From a virus, in the IMG/VR virus record IMGVR_UViG_3300043436_004480, positions 29,745-93,744 of that record: a stretch of 64,000 bases of DNA, one strand, 5' to 3'. Each line of letters starts with the position of its first letter. Within the stretch, counting starts at the first letter, position 1. Both the position numbers and the translations under genes were made by a program. Below are positions 7,551 through 14,532 of the stretch, piece after piece. The notes under the pieces were generated by a model, which worked only from the letters and a program-made list of their open reading frames with translations, was not told the origin of the DNA and ran no database searches.

Positions 7551-8009
7551 CTAATCATGTCCAAATATATCTTCTTCAAGATAAGACTTGACAGGCTCCT
7601 GAGTTTTTTCTTTTTCTGGGACATCTTTCATAGAATCAATCCTTGAAAGTAAGTTCTTTACATCAACTTTTTGACGAAGATCAGAATTTTCTTTTGCCAA
7701 GTTATCAATTTGACTTTCTAAACTTCCTATCAATTGAAGACGAAAAGCATTTTTATTTACTTCGTTTGCAAGATTTCTATTTATTCTTTCCGTTTCTTTA
7801 TTCACTTGATTTACAAGTAGATAGCAAAGTAGTATCAAACCTAAAACAGAACTCAATAACAAAAGAGTCAAGAGTATAATTTCAAGTTTAATTAAGTTAG
7901 TTCCAAGAACTATCCAGAAGATTAAACATGTTGCTACAATTGACAATGCAATTATAGCTAGAATTTGCGTGAATGCAGTAGCTGCAATTTTATTGATTTT
8001 GGTATTCAT
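7551..8009 (-). CDS. 2-TM + coiled-coil hypothetical protein
   Basis: Two N-terminal TM helices followed by coiled coil. Confidence 0.7.
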   Translation of the reverse strand: MNTKINKIAATAFTQILAIIALSIVATCLIFWIVLGTNLIKLEIILLTLLLLSSVLGLILLCYLLVNQVNKETERINRNLANEVNKNAFRLQLIGSLESQIDNLAKENSDLRQKVDVKNLLSRIDSMKDVPEKEKTQEPVKSYLEEDIFGHD

Positions 8010-8017
8010 AATTTTAA

Positions 8018-8042
8018 TTCTGTTAGCCTATACACAGAAAGG
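8018..8042 (-). promoter_or_regulatory. family-A pseudoknot upstream of AUG (copy 1)
   Basis: CCT-T-TCTGT-GTAT-AGG-CTA-ACAGA. Confidence 0.7.
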
Positions 8043-8065
8043 TGTTTTGGTTGGTAAATGAGCAA

Positions 8066-8515
8066 TTACGATAATAGTAATTGCTCTAATTTGTACTTTG
8101 ATTCTTTTATTAACATTTCTAAAATGTCAACATGACCAATTAAATATGCAGTTTCATTTCCAATATGACCTTCTGCACGTTTTTTGTATTCTGCAATTTT
8201 ACTTTCATAAAATTTGATGTTCTCTTCATGAACATTTTTAATATTATGAATATTTTGCATCTTTTCATCTTGAAGTGCATCCCAAGCATACAAACTTTCA
8301 TCTGCAAGTTTGTTAATATCTTGGAATGTTTCCCTAATCATAAAGCACATTCCTATGAATGCGCCAAATCCTAGAGATATTAGAGCGTAACCCATAATTA
8401 CTACGGATTCCAACTTGTTTTCTGTAAATTTGTTTCCTATTATACAAGAAACGAAAACTAACAAAAACATTGTTAGTATGGCAAATATATTGCCTTTGAT
8501 TTTACTTGAATTCAT
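8066..8515 (-). CDS. 2-TM + coiled-coil hypothetical protein
   Basis: Architecture similar to 7551..8009. Confidence 0.7.
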   Translation of the reverse strand: MNSSKIKGNIFAILTMFLLVFVSCIIGNKFTENKLESVVIMGYALISLGFGAFIGMCFMIRETFQDINKLADESLYAWDALQDEKMQNIHNIKNVHEENIKFYESKIAEYKKRAEGHIGNETAYLIGHVDILEMLIKESKYKLEQLLLS

Positions 8516-8526
8516 AATTTTAAAGT

Positions 8527-8551
8527 TCGATTGACCTATGTATCGAGAGAT
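8527..8551 (-). promoter_or_regulatory. family-A pseudoknot upstream of AUG (copy 2)
   Basis: ATCT-C-TCGAT-ACAT-AGGT-CA-ATCGA. Confidence 0.7.
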
Positions 8552-8558
8552 ATTATTT

Positions 8559-8921
8559 TTAAAGTTTTGTTAAGCTTCTACATCCGATGATTTCACCTTC
8601 GGAATTTCTTACTGTTTCTGCAACGATGTAAAAATCATTGCGTTCGGGATAATACGTTTTTATTGATTGTGCAGCAATTTGCGACACAACATAAATCGTA
8701 TTTTCCTTTTCTTCTGGGATGAAATCTGGTTCTCCGAAAGACGTTTTAGCCATAACTGGAATTCCGAATGTTCCTCTACTTATGAAAGTTTCTTGAACAT
8801 ATGGATTCTGCTTTGCTCTAACAATTCCGTCACTTTCAATCTCTAATGCGATGACATCTACGTCATCTATTTGTGCATAAAATCTTAGTTTATGCGGAGT
8901 GAAATTTTTTATTTCAGTCAT
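8559..8921 (-). CDS. conserved phage hypothetical protein (N-terminal NxTPH, C-terminal GxIIGCRxL)
   Basis: Motifs KNFTPH and VRNSEGEIIGCRSL match a recurring phage family (from memory); start reassigned to MTEIK. Confidence 0.75.
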   Translation of the reverse strand: MTEIKNFTPHKLRFYAQIDDVDVIALEIESDGIVRAKQNPYVQETFISRGTFGIPVMAKTSFGEPDFIPEEKENTIYVVSQIAAQSIKTYYPERNDFYIVAETVRNSEGEIIGCRSLTKL

Positions 8922-8931
8922 AATTTTAAAT

Positions 8932-8957
8932 TCGATTAACCTATACATCGAGAGGTT
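8932..8957 (-). promoter_or_regulatory. family-A pseudoknot upstream of AUG (copy 3)
   Basis: AACCT-C-TCGAT-GTAT-AGGTT-A-ATCGA. Confidence 0.72.
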
Positions 8958-8964
8958 TTGAGAT

Positions 8965-9318
8965 TTATAATTTGTTGTTACTACGGATCATGAATTTTCC
9001 GTATGCCATTAGAGTTTCTCCTGCTAATTGAGAGTAAACTGAATCGGGACACATGTACGCATCAGTTAGAAATTCTACTTCTACTAAAGTTTCAGGGTTA
9101 GTTCCTAATTCTAGTGCATTATCAACGTGCTTTTTTAGCTCTGCTAAAGTTAAATGTTTACTTTTACTTTGAACTTCTTCAAGTTCAGCAAAAGCCAACT
9201 TTTCTTTCAACTGATTCATTTCTGAAGTCATCTGAGTTATCAATTCTTCGCCAGTTGAACCAGCGATGTCTGCTGCGTAACCTTTAATACGCATTTTTAA
9301 TTCTTCTACCTTTGTCAT
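8965..9318 (-). CDS. hypothetical protein (117 aa)
   Basis: ORF; CAAAATT-ATG context. Confidence 0.7.
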   Translation of the reverse strand: MTKVEELKMRIKGYAADIAGSTGEELITQMTSEMNQLKEKLAFAELEEVQSKSKHLTLAELKKHVDNALELGTNPETLVEVEFLTDAYMCPDSVYSQLAGETLMAYGKFMIRSNNKL

Positions 9319-9328
9319 AATTTTGAAA

Positions 9329-9350
9329 TGGTTGCCTTTACACCAAAAGG
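9329..9350 (-). promoter_or_regulatory. family-A pseudoknot upstream of AUG (copy 4)
   Basis: CCT-TT-TGGT-GTAA-AGG-CA-ACCA. Confidence 0.68.
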
Positions 9351-9587
9351 TTAATTTTGAATTTTAAATTTGACGGAATGTGCAGTCACGCACTGTGAAT
9401 AAGAACTTGTTCTGTTGATTAGACTACAAACAATTTGTTTCTTACATCTGCACATTCATTTTAACAGAGGCCAAGATATAATATGCAAGTTGACAAAAGT
9501 TAATCAGACTTTTGTCCAATGTTATTCTTTCTGCACTATATCTTATTTATGCTCCACGCATACCTCTGCTAAAACTGTCAAACTTTG

Positions 9588-9696
9588 TCACAATGAGAAG
9601 ATTCGAACTTCTAAAGTTTTTCGGATTAGAATCTTGTCTAATCTTACTAAGGAATCTACCGATTTCCTCAACTATTCCACCGACTGGACATTGCGA
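9588..9696 (-). ncRNA. tRNA-like RNA whose anticodon arm is replaced by a two-hairpin branch
   Basis: Acceptor TCGCAATG/CATTGTGA; D-arm TCCA-GTCGG-TGGA; AGTT/AACT enclosing TGAGGAA/TTCCTTA and GATTAGA/TCTAATC; T-arm AGAAG-TTCGAAT-CTTCT. Confidence 0.75.
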
Positions 9697-9698
9697 AC

Positions 9699-9756
9699 AA
9701 GTAGTTTAAAATTACGACGTATATCAAATTCATTATTTGATATTTACTTAGGTCGT
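9699..9756 (-). ncRNA. family-B H-type pseudoknot with a hairpin inserted in L2
   Basis: ACGAC-CT-AAGTA-[A ATATCAAAT/ATTTGATAT AC]-GTCGT-AATTTTAAAC-TACTT. Confidence 0.68.
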
Positions 9757-9846
9757 GTCTATTTTTCACCCTATAACAACAAAATAGACTAAATTTGTTA
9801 CTGGGATGCTTTCTTACGAAAGTTTTCAGGAAAAGGTACTATCATA

Positions 9847-9905
9847 AACAGTTTAACAACTTGTTGAGGTTCTGAAAAAGCAGTTTTAAAACTTGCTTAG
9901 GTTTT
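9847..9905 (-). repeat. two tandem family-B pseudoknots
   Basis: AAAAC-CT-AAGCA-A-GTTTT-AAAAC-TGCTT and AAC-CTC-AACA-A-GTT-GTTAAAC-TGTT; flanked by the direct repeat GGTACTATYATAAAC (9835-9849, 9915-9929). Confidence 0.65.
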
Positions 9906-9932
9906 GAAATTAACGGTACTATTATAAACGAA

Positions 9933-10496
9933 TTATTTAAATTCGTTTATAAACTCTTGAGAGCAACGGCAAATTTCTAATTCTGTATCATCTCCTCTAT
10001 TTAAATAAAACAGAATGTCAAAATTATCCACTTTGATCACTAATTCATAAGAACCTTGACCAGAAGCAATCATGAAAAATTCAAGATTTCTTTTGTTAAG
10101 TTTGAATTTTTCTATTTCTCTTTTTAAGGTAGAAAATACAAGTTCAGCATCTTCTCTGCTAAGAATCTTTGATTCATTATCACAAAGAAATTGTTCACGT
10201 TCTGCAAGTTCTCGTTCTGTTTTAGAAAACATAGGACGAATTCTTTCGTCTATATATTCTGCATGCTCTTCATCATGTTTATTAGCATAATGAATATAAT
10301 CTGTTGAATTGCTGAATTCATACAGAGGACCATTTTCGTCATTCTTTATGTATAACAAAATGTCGTTACCGTTATCATGAACAAGATATTGTTCATTTAC
10401 TAATTTGAAAGCATATCTAGCTTCTGTGTTAGCAATTATTTCTTCTAAATTAGGAAATAATTTAATTGCAATGTCCTTTGTGATTAACCTAGGCAT
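9933..10496 (-). CDS. hypothetical protein with an apparent internal duplication (187 aa)
   Basis: RLITKDIAIKLFPNL...DILLYI resembles KILSREDAELVFSTL...DILFYL. Confidence 0.7.
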   Translation of the reverse strand: MPRLITKDIAIKLFPNLEEIIANTEARYAFKLVNEQYLVHDNGNDILLYIKNDENGPLYEFSNSTDYIHYANKHDEEHAEYIDERIRPMFSKTERELAEREQFLCDNESKILSREDAELVFSTLKREIEKFKLNKRNLEFFMIASGQGSYELVIKVDNFDILFYLNRGDDTELEICRCSQEFINEFK

Positions 10497-10572
10497 AACT
10501 CTGAATGCAGCTTCTCATCTGAGAATTTCGACTCCTTTAAGTCTTATTATACTGCTACTTTTTACTTTTAGA

Positions 10573-10618
10573 TATTATTGAAAGATTCGAACTTTCTGAT
10601 CCACCGACTGGAATAATA
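10573..10618 (-). ncRNA. 46-nt minimal tRNA-like RNA (acceptor + D-arm + T-arm, no anticodon arm)
   Basis: TATTATT-CCA-GTCGG-TGG-ATCA-GAAAG-TTCGAAT-CTTTC-AATAATA; D-arm 13-mer identical to the 9588-9696 element. Confidence 0.72.
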
Positions 10619-10620
10619 AG

Positions 10621-10647
10621 GAACAGTTTTTAAACTTGTTCAGGTTT
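10621..10647 (-). ncRNA. family-B H-type pseudoknot directly after a stop codon
   Basis: AAAC-CT-GAACA-A-GTTT-AAAAAC-TGTTC. Confidence 0.68.
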
Positions 10648-10976
10648 TAATCTGCTAACCAGTCGTATTCAGATTTATCGAAATAGTCTGGATCACTAAT
10701 ATCTTTGTTATCGAATGCTTCTAGTTCTTCTATGCTTTTTCTTAACGAAGGATGCACTCCAGTATTTTCTTGCCACTCGACTATCTGCTCATCAGTAAGT
10801 TCAACTTCATTTCTAAGTTGTGCAAGAAATTTATTTCTATCGTCGTCTGTAAGGATTTCTCCATACATATTCTCAAAAATTTCGACGTTGTCTTCATGAT
10901 AAAGACGTTCTGCTTCTCTGAAAGGAATTTTTAACTCTAAAGAAGCGTATGCGATTAATTCGTTTTGAAGGTTCAT
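10647..10976 (-). CDS. acidic hypothetical protein (109 aa)
   Basis: Very D/E-rich ORF. Confidence 0.7.
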   Translation of the reverse strand: MNLQNELIAYASLELKIPFREAERLYHEDNVEIFENMYGEILTDDDRNKFLAQLRNEVELTDEQIVEWQENTGVHPSLRKSIEELEAFDNKDISDPDYFDKSEYDWLAD

Positions 10977-11112
10977 TGCTTTGAAGTTTTATGGTGATAA
11001 TCTATGAATAATATACCTGACAATTCCAAGACAAAATTAATTGTGATGGAAATGTTCAAGGTTTTCAATTAGTATGATGAAGACTAATTGATTTGGCAAA
11101 AAGAATTGGTTG

Positions 11113-11343
11113 CTAAAATGCAACCAATTCCATCATAATTCTCCCGTCTGGAAGAACCATTTCTACTTGCTTGATTTCTTTGCAAGTAAATTCAAAGGTC
11201 TCTCCAGCTTCTGCTGGGCCTTCAAACCGCATGAGACCAGGAAGTTTCCTGAATCTGCCAGTAGCGACTTCGGTGCTTATACTCCACCACGAGTTTTCGC
11301 CTGACTTGGTCAGGCAAACGAAAGTTGCTTTAACTTTGTTCAT
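11113..11343 (-). CDS. hypothetical protein, first gene of the early block (likely start MNKVK)
   Basis: CAAATT-ATG at 11343. Confidence 0.6.
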   Translation of the reverse strand: MNKVKATFVCLTKSGENSWWSISTEVATGRFRKLPGLMRFEGPAEAGETFEFTCKEIKQVEMVLPDGRIMMELVAF

Positions 11344-11379
11344 AATTTGCATCTGCACGTTAGTGTGTACAGCCAACTT

Positions 11380-11545
11380 TAGGCAGGGGGGATAGTGGGG
11401 GGTTAGCTCTGCAATTGAAAATGAAATAAATTTTTTTAATTTTTTTTTTTGAAAAAATTTTGGAGTTTAAATTTTAGCTCTTCAATCCAGATCGAAAAAT
11501 AATTTTTTGAAAAATTTTTCTGGAATTTTTTCTCTGCTTCTGCAA
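11380..11545. other. G-run plus A/T-tract non-coding segment; candidate genome terminus, packaging or origin region
   Basis: GGGGGGATAGTGGGGGG followed by several long T/A tracts; no ORF; lies between the early block and the packaging module. Confidence 0.4.
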
Positions 11546-11547
11546 AA

Positions 11548-11583
11548 CAAAAAACGCCAACCTACACTTTCGCTGGTTGACGC
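11548..11583 (-). terminator. intrinsic terminator
   Basis: GCGTCAACC...GGTTGGCGT followed by TTTTT. Confidence 0.65.
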
Positions 11584-11626
11584 TTTTCGAGGTCTTTGTC
11601 CGCAGACATGACTTTGCAAAGATAAG

Positions 11627-11667
11627 AAAAAAAAACAAAACCCACCAGAATTAACTGATGGGTTCTG
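11627..11667 (-). terminator. intrinsic terminator
   Basis: AACCCATCAG-TTAATT-CTGGTGGGTT followed by TTGTTTTTTTTT. Confidence 0.7.
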
Positions 11668-12010
11668 CGTACTGGCAAGAATATCTGAAAATTAGCTTTC
11701 GCCAGAGTTCTCAGCATAAGTTTGTTTTTGCTTTTTAAAAAGTTCCAGATCACAAATCTGAAATTTTCTTCTTTATAATATTCTCAATTTTCAATCCTAA
11801 TTTACTTCCTTATTTTTTATTTTTCAAATCCAAAATCGGATTTTAAAATTTTTCCTTTTTCTGGGAAAATCAAATTGCCTGTACCATTGGTAGAAGAGGC
11901 GTTATCTTTGATGCACAACTTCGGTCTCTTGGTGGTCGCTTTGCTTTGACCTTAGCAAGATACAACTTTTTCCTGACATTATGGTTAACTATCCAAACTT
12001 TATTTTCATA

Positions 12011-12847
12011 CTACAATGAATTAAGGATTTGTTTAGAGCGAGTAGGTAATTCATAAACAGTCCATTGTAGAGAATGTAGAAACTGAAAAGCTTCTTCTGA
12101 AGTTTCATTTTGAAGAAGTAATAATCCTAGATCTTCATGAATAGAAGCAACAGGTCTGTTATTGTAAAGAATTACTACTGAACCTCGAAGTTCTGGATGG
12201 TTAAGATAGAAAGAAGAGAAAGGAAAGTCTCTGTTTATATCTGAATACAAATTTTGCATAGGAACAACTCCATATTCGAAGTGAGGTATATAGAAAGCTG
12301 TCGCAGATTCTTGTTCGTTAGTAACTCCAATTGCATATGAATTTCCATATTGAAGAAGACATCCAAGTTGAGAAGTTTTAGCTTTTGTTTTTAAATACAA
12401 AGCACTAAGCAAAGGATTTATAGAAGGATTCTGCAAAAGAAGTTCTACTGCAAACCAATCAACAGTATATCGTTGTGAATTTGAAAATCTAACAAGTGGA
12501 CAACCTAAAGCTGCATCATCTATATATATATGTGCAAACTGTTTATTAGAATGGCTCCAACTTTGATCTGGATTAAAGTTCAACCAATCAAGATTGAATT
12601 TAAGATCGTGCATTTTGAGAAAGTCAAAAGCTTCTTGCAAAGTGTCTACTGGTTCTGAATCTTTGTCTGGTCTGATTTGCAGAGTACTTCGCATAGTCCA
12701 GAGCATAAGTTGAACTTCCGGAATTGTAGATAGTTTAGTTAGAACTTTCTTTGCATACGGAACAAGTTTGCCTATTCTTGGGAAATCATGAGTTACAATT
12801 GTTCCATCGAAGTCAACTCCGATAATAATCTGGTTTTTTTGAGACAT
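12011..12847 (-). CDS. HAD-superfamily phosphatase (BT0820-like) with a C-terminal extension
   Basis: Motif I VDFDGTIV, motif II LWTMR, motif IV YIDDAALG; start reassigned to MSQKN. Confidence 0.85.
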   Translation of the reverse strand: MSQKNQIIIGVDFDGTIVTHDFPRIGKLVPYAKKVLTKLSTIPEVQLMLWTMRSTLQIRPDKDSEPVDTLQEAFDFLKMHDLKFNLDWLNFNPDQSWSHSNKQFAHIYIDDAALGCPLVRFSNSQRYTVDWFAVELLLQNPSINPLLSALYLKTKAKTSQLGCLLQYGNSYAIGVTNEQESATAFYIPHFEYGVVPMQNLYSDINRDFPFSSFYLNHPELRGSVVILYNNRPVASIHEDLGLLLLQNETSEEAFQFLHSLQWTVYELPTRSKQILNSL

Positions 12848-12965
12848 ATTATATATGTATAGGTTAAAGGTTAGATTGCTCTGGGAAAGAGGGCCGAAAT
12901 GAGAATCGCCCAAGTCTTTTTCTTTTTTTGGGACTACTATTGACCTGTAAAAATTTTGACTTTTA

Positions 12966-12997
12966 CAAATGTAACTTAATACTGACTAAGAAGCAAG
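12966..12997 (-). promoter_or_regulatory. Bacteroidota-type housekeeping promoter (leftward)
   Basis: CTTG-N20-TACATTTG. Confidence 0.65.
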
Positions 12998-13013
12998 CAA
13001 TTTCAAAAATTGT

Positions 13014-13044
13014 TTTGTAATTTATCAAACTATGTGTACGTTTG
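13014..13044 (+). promoter_or_regulatory. Bacteroidota-type housekeeping promoter (rightward, start of the structural module)
   Basis: Perfect TTTG-N19-TACGTTTG match to the -33/-7 consensus. Confidence 0.8.
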
Positions 13045-13060
13045 TAAAAAACATCATCTA

Positions 13061-13867
13061 ATGTCATCAGCAACTTCAAATTATTACAAAACTCACTCTG
13101 TTGAAAAAGTTCCTAAGATAATTAGGGATGAAAATCATATATATAGAGATGAAACAGAAAAACAATATACTTCTGTTACAACTTTGATCGGACAGTTTAA
13201 AAATAAATTCGATACCGAGAAAATTAGCAAAGCATATTCTGAAAAGCATAACATACCACAAGATCAAGTTAAGAAAGCTTGGTTGCAGACTTGTGTAGAT
13301 GCTTGTGAAAAAGGATCGTTACTTCATGATTTAATGGAGAAAGGATTAGAAGATGTTGATGCATATGTAAAAGCAGAGATGAATAATTTCAATTCTCCTG
13401 CTTTGGCAAGAGATGTCCTTAGTTCAGACGATATTACAAAGTTTGAGAATAACGAAAAGTATCTTGTCTGCAAAGAACCAATTATTGCTTTCTCTCTGCC
13501 GGGAAATAATAAAGGTATTGCCGGAGGAATTGATTTTATTGCTGAGGAAATAGGAACAAATGTTGTACATTTACGTGATTGGAAAACTAACAAAGCGTTA
13601 AATCGTTCTGGATATAACAATCAAATGATGAAGTTTCCAGTTTCTCATTTGCCAGATTGTAATTATCAGCATTACGTTTTGCAACTTTCATTATATGCAT
13701 TCATATTAGAGTACGGATATAATAAAACTATTGGTACTTTAGGAATACACCATTTTAATTATCTTGCAAACACAGTTCAATATTATGAAGTTCCTTATCT
13801 GCGGAACGATGTATGCGATATGTTAGCAATTTTCTTTCATGGTTCTATAATGAAAAAAGTCTGCTAA
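13061..13867 (+). CDS. PD-(D/E)xK superfamily exonuclease
   Basis: SVTTLI, GSLLHD, IAGGIDF, RDWKTNK and HYVLQLSLY motifs; start reassigned to MSSATS, downstream of the promoter. Confidence 0.85.
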   Translation: MSSATSNYYKTHSVEKVPKIIRDENHIYRDETEKQYTSVTTLIGQFKNKFDTEKISKAYSEKHNIPQDQVKKAWLQTCVDACEKGSLLHDLMEKGLEDVDAYVKAEMNNFNSPALARDVLSSDDITKFENNEKYLVCKEPIIAFSLPGNNKGIAGGIDFIAEEIGTNVVHLRDWKTNKALNRSGYNNQMMKFPVSHLPDCNYQHYVLQLSLYAFILEYGYNKTIGTLGIHHFNYLANTVQYYEVPYLRNDVCDMLAIFFHGSIMKKVC

Positions 13868-13924
13868 AAGCAGACCTCTTTCAATTCAGTATCTAAACAC
13901 CATCTCTAAATTAATTTTACAAAA

Positions 13925-14338
13925 ATGAGTCAAAATACCGAACAAACAAACGATTATGTCTTTACTAACGATTCGCTCGAAGAAGGATGCTTACAATGGG
14001 TTACAATGTTAGCCGGATTAAGTTCTTTAACAGATACAGAAATAAGATTTCTGACGAAGTTCGTTATTAGAGATTATAAATACAGAGAATCTGCTCCTCA
14101 TATACCAAGAGGAGATAGAGATTTTGAATATAAAGTTGCTTTGTACTTGCGTTCTAATAGAGTAAGAGAAGAAATTTGTGCAGAACTAGATATAACAGAT
14201 GGTTATTTTGCAATTCTGATGAACAGATGTAAAGAGAAGAAAGTTATTATTGCAAAAGATATTAAGTCTTTAGCTGTAAATCCTATTTTCTGTTTTCCTA
14301 AAGACGGAGTAGCAAACATCATCTTCAAATTAAACTAG
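13925..14338 (+). CDS. hypothetical protein, possible winged-HTH
   Basis: REEICAELDITDGYFAILMNRCKEKKVI resembles an HTH. Confidence 0.6.
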   Translation: MSQNTEQTNDYVFTNDSLEEGCLQWVTMLAGLSSLTDTEIRFLTKFVIRDYKYRESAPHIPRGDRDFEYKVALYLRSNRVREEICAELDITDGYFAILMNRCKEKKVIIAKDIKSLAVNPIFCFPKDGVANIIFKLN

Positions 14339-14340
14339 TA

Positions 14341-14532
14341 ATGAGAAACGTACAGGATATAATTGACAAAATATCAGAAGATAAAGAAATTCCTAGAGAT
14401 TTAGTGGAGAAAACTATCATGCGTTTTCATGAAATGATGTGTGATAAGGTAAAAGAAAGTAAGTTTGACATAAAACTCCCAAGATTTGGGTATTTGCATT
14501 TGAGTAAACCTAAAAAAGATGAAAGTAAATAG
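14341..14532 (+). CDS. HU/IHF-like DNA-binding protein
   Basis: DIIDKISED...LVEKTI...IKLPRFGYL resembles the HU body. Confidence 0.65.
   Translation: MRNVQDIIDKISEDKEIPRDLVEKTIMRFHEMMCDKVKESKFDIKLPRFGYLHLSKPKKDESK

Noticed and set aside
9415-9792. Plus-strand ORFs 9415..9792 and 9512..9709
   Set aside because: Antisense to the block, non-ATG starts, and they overlap minus-strand RNA structures
10507-10555. Hammerhead ribozyme-like three-way junction on the minus strand (GCAG, GACT/AGTC, GAAA, TTCTC/GAGAA)
   Set aside because: The core reads AUAAUAA instead of CUGANGA and there is no UH cleavage site; likely a structured leader, not a hammerhead
7203-10618. Calling the tRNA-like elements canonical tRNAs or YrlA-type Y RNAs
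   Set aside because: None has a standard anticodon arm; arm order is D then T (not permuted as in YrlA) and no Ro60 gene is in the window
11562-11753. 63-aa track ORF
   Set aside because: Non-ATG start and spans a terminator and promoter box; only the last 15 codons are plausible
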